NCBI GenBank assembly: GCA_020696385.1
Contig: JAEHCQ010000001.1
Span: 640,001 to 704,000, forward strand
DNA length: 64,000 nt
DNA from: Methanobacteriota archaeon
GTDB taxonomy: Archaea > Thermoplasmatota > Thermoplasmata > SG8-5 > JAGLSY01
Direction: 5' to 3'
Shown: piece by piece, positions 57,332 through 64,000 of the stretch
Layout: each line of letters opens with the position of its first letter
Position numbering within the stretch: the first letter of the stretch is position 1
Notes under the pieces: generated by a model
What the model saw: only the letters and a program-made list of their open reading frames with translations
Database searches by the model: none
Told to the model about the DNA's origin: nothing
Position numbers and translations under genes: made by a program

Positions 57332-57880
57332 ATGAATGATAATGATGCCTGGATGGCGAAGATAGAAGAGGATAGGGTCGAGAAGGACGCATGGCTTTCA
57401 AAAGATGGCCAGTCTCCAATTCCTCTCATGAAAAGGAAGAAGTTCAAGGGTCTGGAATATTTCACACCAGATGCTAAATTCACTTTCAAGCTGGAACTTC
57501 GGGAGCATGCGGATAAGATCGAGCTCGTGGTCAAGGACTCCAAAGGTAATGATCGGAAGTTCATCGCCTTTGGAGAATTTGTTTTCAATATCGATGGTGT
57601 GGATCACACTCTCCAGGCTTACAAAACAGATGCTGGAGAAAAAAGACTCTTTATTCCTTTCAAGGATGGAACATCCGGAAAGGAATCATATGGAGCTGGC
57701 CGATACCTCGACCTGCAGGAGGAAACTGACCTTTCGGATGGCAAATGGACCCTGGATCTCAATAACGCTTACAATCCCTGGTGCGCGTACAATCACAATT
57801 ACGCCTGCCCTTTGGTGCCAGTGGATAACTGCCTGAACGTGAAAATAGAGGCTGGAGAGCGCGACTATTCCAAATCTTAG
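57332..57880 (+). CDS. DUF1684 family protein
   Basis: FIPFKDGTSGKESYGAGRYLD, DLNNAYNPWCAYN...CP, IEAGE. Confidence 0.88.
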   Translation: MNDNDAWMAKIEEDRVEKDAWLSKDGQSPIPLMKRKKFKGLEYFTPDAKFTFKLELREHADKIELVVKDSKGNDRKFIAFGEFVFNIDGVDHTLQAYKTDAGEKRLFIPFKDGTSGKESYGAGRYLDLQEETDLSDGKWTLDLNNAYNPWCAYNHNYACPLVPVDNCLNVKIEAGERDYSKS

Positions 57881-57927
57881 ATGTGCAAAATCATAATTAT
57901 CATAATGCCTTTTACAGAATGATTATC

Positions 57928-60870
57928 ATGGGTCGTTCTACAAGTGGAAAGTATATCATGGGCTTTGTTTTGACATTGATTATTTTGACAGGTACTATCT
58001 TCATGGCCGCGATGCCGGCCAGTTCCATAGTGACTGGGGCTGTCAAGTACTGGGATCTGGATGAGGGAAGTGGGAATGTGATTTCCGATTCCGTGACCGG
58101 GGATCTTGCCTCTGTCAATGGAGCTACCTGGGTGGATGGGTTAACTGGTACTGGGTTGAGCTTCGATGGTGTGGATGATTATGTCGGTATGTCTGATTCG
58201 GTCGATCTAAGGCCAGCGTCCTTGACAGTCTCACTATGGATGAAGATCAATGTCATGAAGGATTGCGGTCTGGTCATCAAGAGAATGGGAACCACAGGAC
58301 CTGAGTCCAATTGGCAGGTGGAGATGTTTGCAGACGGGGATCTGAGATTCAGTTATAATGATGGGAGCACGTGGAACACGCTGGACACTCACATTCAGCC
58401 AATAACCGATACCAACAGATGGTACAATATCGTGATGACATTCGATTCCGGGGAGATCGTCATCTATGTCGATGGATCGATAAGAAATTCCGGCGGAGGG
58501 TTCCCGGCCCTGGATACGACCTACACTGGACAGGTCCAGTTCGGAAGAGGATGGGGAGGATATTTCAATGGAGTGATGGACGAAATAACACTTCATGACC
58601 GCGCACTATCACAAAGTGAGATAAATGCGGATTTCCAGACCTACACACCTCCAGATTCCGGAACTGGCCAGACACCTGTGGACAATACTCCAGTTGACCC
58701 GGTACCTTCGGGTGAGAGCACACCATACACAGGTGTATTGAAGGTGCATTGGGACTTCGACCACATGCAGGGCAGTGATGTGCTGGATGTGTCTGGCAAT
58801 GATAATGATGCTGGAACCTCTGGAGGGGCAGAATTTGGAGAAGGCGTGTTCTGGGATGGCTTCGTCTTCACTGGCGAGAACTTCATGGAGGCCTATAACA
58901 CGGATGATCTGAACATGGAGGCCTTCACTATTGAGTTCTGGCTCAATCCCTCTGAGTATGGGGATCAAAATACCAGGGTGATGGAGAAGGGAGGATACCA
59001 GGTTGGTGGTGGATTCGGAATAGAGTTCAACCGGTTCGGTAACCACAATATCGGATTCCTTGTCTGGGATGGCGCAGATGCCTATGCTGTGGTGTCAGAT
59101 GGAGAGATACCACTGGATACCTGGACCCATGTCATAGCCAGCTTTGATGGGGAGAATATCAGGCTTTACATAGATGGTGAGGCTCAGGGACAGCCAGTGC
59201 CTGCCGCGATGTCAACAAATACAGCCCCCATGTACGTTGGAAGGGCTGGACGAGCCTACACGGATCTTTTTGTTGGGCAGATGGATGAACTGAAGCTCTG
59301 GGAAGGCGGAGTTTCGGACACGGATGTCATCAATATGATGGAAGGTGCCGAGCCGTCCATACAGAATAAGATAGATGCGGGTATGGAGGACCTGGCTGGC
59401 ACCTTGCTGAACTCGAAATATTTCTATTATTCAATTGGTGCCATGACACTTCTGTTCTTCACCCTCATAGCTATACTGACTGCCATTGTCACGAAGAAGG
59501 GCAGGCTCATGAACAGATTCAAGGAGGCGAAAGAAGCGGGGTTCAATAAGGAATTCCAACTTGGTGATGATGATGAGAATGATGGAAAACATATCGAGGG
59601 CCAGGAGCTGCTTGCAGGATGGAAAGAGGCGATTACTTCTTCCAGTGAAGCTGAAAATTTCATCAAGGTCGAAACTCTGAATGAATACAAAATTCTTGAG
59701 ACCCGGAAATTCTGGGGCGTGAAGGTGTCTGGAGACAAGGAAACCGAGACCTTCACCACCTCGACAAGGAAACAGGCTGGCATTGTCCCAAACCTCAATG
59801 AAGGCGCTGAGCCACAAACACCCACGGATTACACTAACAATGTGCAGGAATTCGCAGTAGCTGGCGTGGAAAGGAAATGTACAAATTGTGATGGAGTGGG
59901 CGATTTCCATTGTACGACCTGTGATGGAGACTTGAAGGTATCTTGCCCAGACTGTTCCGGGCAGGGTGTTTCAACATGCAGTAGCTGTAGTGGCAGTGGT
60001 GGACACAGATGCTCGTATTGTGATGGTCACGGATCATCCAATTGCTCCGTGTGCGATGGCAATGGAACGATTGGAGGAGGCTATGGGGCCACGACCTGGA
60101 CCACTACGATTGACAATAAAGGTTCACATAGCGAGGCGAATACCAGCTACAGCGAGAAGCAGACATGCTATAGCTGTCATGGTTCTGGCAAGTCCAGTTG
60201 TTTCCATTGCGATGGGGGCGAGATCACCTGTAGCAAATGCAAAGGCGAGGGAACATTCAATTGCAAGAAGTGTGAGACCACGGGGATCATCACCTGTCCA
60301 ACATGCACAGGTACTGGCCGTATGAAATGCAATCACTGTGGGGGATGGACCGTGATAGCGGAAGTGGACTACAAAAAATGGACATACGAACACCATAACC
60401 TTGAGGGAGTGAACAAGGACATACCATGCGAGATAAAAGAGAAGGAATATCAGGATGATGAACTGGGTTCCCTGAACTTTGATGATCTGGAGAAGGAAAT
60501 GCCGGGAACCATCACCGAGAAAGAAAAGGGAATGGGGACGCTGGAATGGGCCAGGAACCAGTATAATTCCTGGGAGGTCGGTGGAGATAAAATACTCTTT
60601 GAAAGATTCAAAGCCCGATTGCTACCAGTAACTGGAATAAAGGTCAAAGCCCCCCCGAGCGGGAAGAAGAATGAGGATGTTCCGGACTTCTGGCTGTGGA
60701 CTGTCGGTGGTAGGAGCAAATCGAGGCTATATGCCCATGACACTCCAGCCATCTTCAATACCTCATTCTCGAAGATAAAGATCATGGGTCTGTTGGTCAT
60801 ACTGGCCGAGCTGGCATTGATGGCTTTATTGATCCTCATGGCCTTTGACATATTCTTACTGCCTTTGTGA
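57928..60870 (+). CDS. Membrane protein: two LamG-like domains, TM, twelve CxxC (DnaJ/SSUH2-like) motifs, C-terminal TM
   Basis: Signal peptide; YWDLDEGSG...FDGVDDYV...FNGVMDEI and a second LamG; TM; CxxCxGxG repeats; terminal TM. Confidence 0.8.
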   Translation: MGRSTSGKYIMGFVLTLIILTGTIFMAAMPASSIVTGAVKYWDLDEGSGNVISDSVTGDLASVNGATWVDGLTGTGLSFDGVDDYVGMSDSVDLRPASLTVSLWMKINVMKDCGLVIKRMGTTGPESNWQVEMFADGDLRFSYNDGSTWNTLDTHIQPITDTNRWYNIVMTFDSGEIVIYVDGSIRNSGGGFPALDTTYTGQVQFGRGWGGYFNGVMDEITLHDRALSQSEINADFQTYTPPDSGTGQTPVDNTPVDPVPSGESTPYTGVLKVHWDFDHMQGSDVLDVSGNDNDAGTSGGAEFGEGVFWDGFVFTGENFMEAYNTDDLNMEAFTIEFWLNPSEYGDQNTRVMEKGGYQVGGGFGIEFNRFGNHNIGFLVWDGADAYAVVSDGEIPLDTWTHVIASFDGENIRLYIDGEAQGQPVPAAMSTNTAPMYVGRAGRAYTDLFVGQMDELKLWEGGVSDTDVINMMEGAEPSIQNKIDAGMEDLAGTLLNSKYFYYSIGAMTLLFFTLIAILTAIVTKKGRLMNRFKEAKEAGFNKEFQLGDDDENDGKHIEGQELLAGWKEAITSSSEAENFIKVETLNEYKILETRKFWGVKVSGDKETETFTTSTRKQAGIVPNLNEGAEPQTPTDYTNNVQEFAVAGVERKCTNCDGVGDFHCTTCDGDLKVSCPDCSGQGVSTCSSCSGSGGHRCSYCDGHGSSNCSVCDGNGTIGGGYGATTWTTTIDNKGSHSEANTSYSEKQTCYSCHGSGKSSCFHCDGGEITCSKCKGEGTFNCKKCETTGIITCPTCTGTGRMKCNHCGGWTVIAEVDYKKWTYEHHNLEGVNKDIPCEIKEKEYQDDELGSLNFDDLEKEMPGTITEKEKGMGTLEWARNQYNSWEVGGDKILFERFKARLLPVTGIKVKAPPSGKKNEDVPDFWLWTVGGRSKSRLYAHDTPAIFNTSFSKIKIMGLLVILAELALMALLILMAFDIFLLPL

Positions 60871-60888
60871 TGTGTTAAAAAGAATATA

Positions 60889-62148
60889 TCACACACTCAC
60901 AGTGCTGGCCTTCCTAACGGCCACCATTGGTAGAAGAGCGATGTATATTATGCCCACAACTGCAAGTGCCTGGCCAACCCCATATACGTCTGCCAGATAT
61001 CCTATGAGGGGGGCGAAGACCGCGGTTATCATCGTCTTCACCTGAGATTCCACACTGAGGCCAGTGGCCATCACCTTGCTGGGTATGGTGTCGCTGATGT
61101 AGCCGACGTTCATCGGCCGCCTTATATTATGGACTATGTAGAGGCCGATAAGAGCGGATATCGCGATAGGATACCATTTCATGTAGGCGGAAATTCCCGA
61201 AATGACAATGAGTGCTCCCCCGATCACGTATGTGACGTTTATCCCTCTGGATACATCGGATAACTTGGACGCGATCCTTCCCGCGCTCCTGGACGTGGCG
61301 GATGTCATGAGATAGAGGAAGAAGTATGTCAAGCCAACAAGCACTGCCACCCTCTCCTGGTCCACGAGGTAGAGGAATACTGGCAGGGCGATGGCCTGTG
61401 CCTCAAGGATCGGCTGTAAGTATTCCTTGGAAGATCTGAACACGCCTCCAAATACAGACGAGCTCATTATGCCACGCATGGCGTTTTTATTTCTGAAAAT
61501 ACCAATGAAGGAATGCCATGTTTCCGAGAAGGACCTTTTCAACCCTTCTCGGGACTTCTCCCTGCCCATTGCGATATCCCCATCCAGATAAACCGGATAC
61601 GAGGCCATCAGAAATAGTTCCATGACATAGGGTATGGTGGATGCCAGGAACACGATCTTGTAATCGCCAGTGTAGATGACCAGGACGATGGCGATGAGGG
61701 CGGACAGCGCGGATCCAAGCTGAGATGCTGATCTCGTTCGCCCATAATATTCCACTTTCTTGTGCGTGATCTTCTTTATTTTCAGATAATCAAGTATCAT
61801 GGCCTTGTGAGTGCCTGACCTGAAGGCTTCTCCAGCAGCGAGGAACACCATGGCCAGTGCGTAGAACCAGAAGCCGGGGAAGATGTAGAATATGACGAAG
61901 GCTCCGAGGCAGAAAGAGAATGAAAGTATCATTGACTTCCGCCTTCCGAAAGTATCTGCCAGGAATCCGGTTGGCAGTTCGAATATATTTATGAATATCT
62001 CACGAATCGCGTACAAAAGACCAATGGATAAAAAGGAGAGGCCAGCATCCATGAAAAATAAGAGGATGAAGGGGTCGAAAAAACGCAGGTTCTTCAAAAA
62101 GCCGTAAAGGCGGAATTTCAAGTACATGCGGTCGCGGGGGATGCCCAT
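60889..62148 (-). CDS. MFS transporter
   Basis: ELPTGFLADTFGRRKS, AFRSGT and multiple TM segments. Confidence 0.88.
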   Translation of the reverse strand: MGIPRDRMYLKFRLYGFLKNLRFFDPFILLFFMDAGLSFLSIGLLYAIREIFINIFELPTGFLADTFGRRKSMILSFSFCLGAFVIFYIFPGFWFYALAMVFLAAGEAFRSGTHKAMILDYLKIKKITHKKVEYYGRTRSASQLGSALSALIAIVLVIYTGDYKIVFLASTIPYVMELFLMASYPVYLDGDIAMGREKSREGLKRSFSETWHSFIGIFRNKNAMRGIMSSSVFGGVFRSSKEYLQPILEAQAIALPVFLYLVDQERVAVLVGLTYFFLYLMTSATSRSAGRIASKLSDVSRGINVTYVIGGALIVISGISAYMKWYPIAISALIGLYIVHNIRRPMNVGYISDTIPSKVMATGLSVESQVKTMITAVFAPLIGYLADVYGVGQALAVVGIIYIALLPMVAVRKASTVSV

Positions 62149-62232
62149 GAGCGTGTATCGACCGGGGAGTAAATAGAATTTCCTGAGAATATCGGCAAAG
62201 GTTTAAGTTCCAAATCCATATAATCTGTTAAT

Positions 62233-62433
62233 ATGACCATAACGGTAAATGGAAATGAGATAGAGTTCGTGGAGGGTGAGACCATCAGCCAGCTATTGAA
62301 ACGCATGAACTTCATTTTCCCATTGATCGTGGTCAAGATAGATGGACAGCTGGTGAAAAAACCTGATTTCGGATCCACGAGCTTTTTAGATGGAGCCAGC
62401 ATCCAGATGATACACCTGATAAGTGGAGGCTGA
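62233..62433 (+). CDS. ThiS/MoaD-family sulfur carrier (ubiquitin-like)
   Basis: 66 aa, MTITVNG start and C-terminal ISGG. Confidence 0.9.
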   Translation: MTITVNGNEIEFVEGETISQLLKRMNFIFPLIVVKIDGQLVKKPDFGSTSFLDGASIQMIHLISGG

Positions 62434-62437
62434 TATA

Positions 62438-62611
62438 TTGAATATCGAATTGATAAAAGAAAAACTGACAGAAGCGAGTCATGATGGAAAGATCACATGT
62501 GCCAAGTGCTTCGCAGTTGGTGAAGAACTGGGTGTTTCGGTCGATGGGTTCGCCCAGATATTGACCGATATGGACATCAGGATAATCAAGTGCCAGTTAG
62601 GTTGTTTTTAA
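62438..62611 (+). CDS. Small Cys-containing hypothetical protein
   Basis: GGAGG before TTG; GKITCAKC...IRIIKCQLGCF. Confidence 0.65.
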   Translation: MNIELIKEKLTEASHDGKITCAKCFAVGEELGVSVDGFAQILTDMDIRIIKCQLGCF

Positions 62612-63156
62612 TCCTCCCAAATCTCCACTTCAAACCCATGCTCTGCCCCAACCGATTTGAAATGGAGGACTATTTTGTCGTACACTGCCAGGTCCTTGCC
62701 TTCGTATAAGTACGATTCTTCCTCAACCTCGACCAATATTTGCCACTTATTATACGGCTCCTTCATCGGGCCGTATCTCACGCTCTTTATCTCCTTATTG
62801 GGAAGTAAATGATAGACGGTCCTCAGCCTTTTGCTGTCCTTAAAGGTACCAGTCGTGTATCGGAGCCCATTAACATGGATGATCGGCTTGGTGTATTTCT
62901 TTCCAATGCTGTGCAGACGTACCATGATTGGCCAGAAGGCTATGTATCCGACCACTAGCTCTATAAGAATTATCCATTTGGGAAAGCCGTAGAAAAAGGG
63001 ACTTGGCTCGTTGTAATCCCTTAAAAATAAAAAGAGAGTGATACTCATGAAGGCATAGCCAACTATCATGACCGGCGGGTATAGCTTGTCCCATTTTGGG
63101 AAATTCAGGATATTCTTCTCGCCATATATCAGTTCGCCAAGGTCTGGATCGGTCAT
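62608..63156 (-). CDS. Hypothetical membrane protein (2 TM)
   Basis: Two hydrophobic segments and a soluble C-terminal domain. Confidence 0.55.
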   Translation of the reverse strand: MTDPDLGELIYGEKNILNFPKWDKLYPPVMIVGYAFMSITLFLFLRDYNEPSPFFYGFPKWIILIELVVGYIAFWPIMVRLHSIGKKYTKPIIHVNGLRYTTGTFKDSKRLRTVYHLLPNKEIKSVRYGPMKEPYNKWQILVEVEEESYLYEGKDLAVYDKIVLHFKSVGAEHGFEVEIWED

Positions 63157-63346
63157 GGTTTACATCTCTTCCACTCATGTAAGAATCATGATCTGGGGAT
63201 ATAAGGGTTTGGAGGGATAGCCCAAAATCATCCTAATCTATGAAATAATGTAAATCTTACACAAACTCTATAATGTTGCCAGAAACGAATTTAAATAAAT
63301 GAAGAAATCAAAGTCTTATTATGCAATTAATGGTTATTGGATTTCC

Positions 63347-63874
63347 ATGATCATCGTTTCTCTTATCGGATTGAAGAAATGCGGCAAGACCACCACGGCT
63401 GAAGCTCTCATATCGGAGTTCAAATCACGCGGTATGAAGGTCGGTGGTGTGAAGTGGATGGTGCATTCCAATTTCACCATCGACACCGAGGGGAAGGACA
63501 CCTGGCGCCAGAAAAGAGCAGGTGCGGATTTCGTCATATCAATGTCCAAAGATGAGCTGGCCTTTGTACAAAATCGGCCGGATAGACCCAGCCTGGATGA
63601 TGTGCTGGCTCTGGTTCCGGAGGGCACTGAAATTCTCATTTGCGAGGGTTTGATGGATAGCAGACCGAATGTGATCAAGGTAGTGGTCGCCAAGGCACTG
63701 GAGACATTGAACGAGACCTTCGAGGTGAGGGGGATCAAAGATGGTGTCATTGCCTTATCTGGCATTATCTCCAATGAAGCACTGGAGCATCCGGAATATC
63801 CGGTATTCAACTGCACACTGCCCAAAGGGGCGGAAGGTCTGGCAGATCTTATTTTGAAAGAAGCTGGAAAATGA
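63347..63874 (+). CDS. mobB: MobB-like molybdopterin-guanine dinucleotide biosynthesis protein
   Basis: GLKKCGKTT, IDTEGKDTWRQKRAGAD, ILICEG. Confidence 0.85.
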   Translation: MIIVSLIGLKKCGKTTTAEALISEFKSRGMKVGGVKWMVHSNFTIDTEGKDTWRQKRAGADFVISMSKDELAFVQNRPDRPSLDDVLALVPEGTEILICEGLMDSRPNVIKVVVAKALETLNETFEVRGIKDGVIALSGIISNEALEHPEYPVFNCTLPKGAEGLADLILKEAGK

Positions 63875-63883
63875 GAAAGATAT

Positions 63884-64000
63884 CTATCTGACCAAATTCA
63901 TAACTCTATCGACAAGCTCTGGCTCCCTTGTTATCACAACTACTTTGTCGCCCTTCTTGAACTTGTCCGTTTTGAGAACTCTTTGTGCTCCAGCCACATC
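63884..64000 (-). CDS. 3' end of a gene that continues beyond the window
   Basis: Open frame DVAGAQRVLKTDKFKKGDKVVVITREPELVDRVMNLVR*, with the stop at 63884-63886. Confidence 0.5.
   Translation of the reverse strand, partial: DVAGAQRVLKTDKFKKGDKVVVITREPELVDRVMNLVR

Noticed and set aside
1-64000. Selenocysteine/pyrrolysine read-through or programmed frameshifts
   Set aside because: The recognised enzymes appear full length, and I saw no conserved domain interrupted by an in-frame stop.

Overview
Archaeal chromosomal window, most likely from a Thermoplasmatota lineage (inferred from archaeal-type EF-1alpha/EF-2/S3Ae/ThrRS/GINS/PolB, a BHB-intron tRNA, and Thermoplasmata-style surface and STAND-TPR proteins). 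Housekeeping genes: ychF, polB, nrdJ, aqpZ, mcm large subunit, rps12-rps7-fusA-tuf-rps10, gins51, rps3ae, tRNA-Met(CAU) with a 54-nt intron, thrS and an ABC-F ATPase. There is also a tungsten AOR locus with ThiS/MoaD and MobB genes nearby. I found no transposase, integrase, CRISPR array or cas gene. The most unusual signals are: (1) a 2555-aa surface protein with two nested pairs of phage tail-sheath-like (DUF3383-like) modules inserted in frame; (2) an 81-82 bp dispersed and tandem intergenic element with constant palindromic arms and a variable 22-24 nt core; (3) two paralogous STAND-TPR proteins with a longin-like insert bracketing polB; (4) a candidate pterin/tungsten-cofactor capture module upstream of AOR; (5) a Na+/H+ antiporter with a RING-like finger; (6) a LamG-TM-12xCxxC membrane protein; (7) tRNA 3'-end fragments in a structured region downstream of tRNA-Met. 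Family assignments are by eye from motifs; no database search was run.
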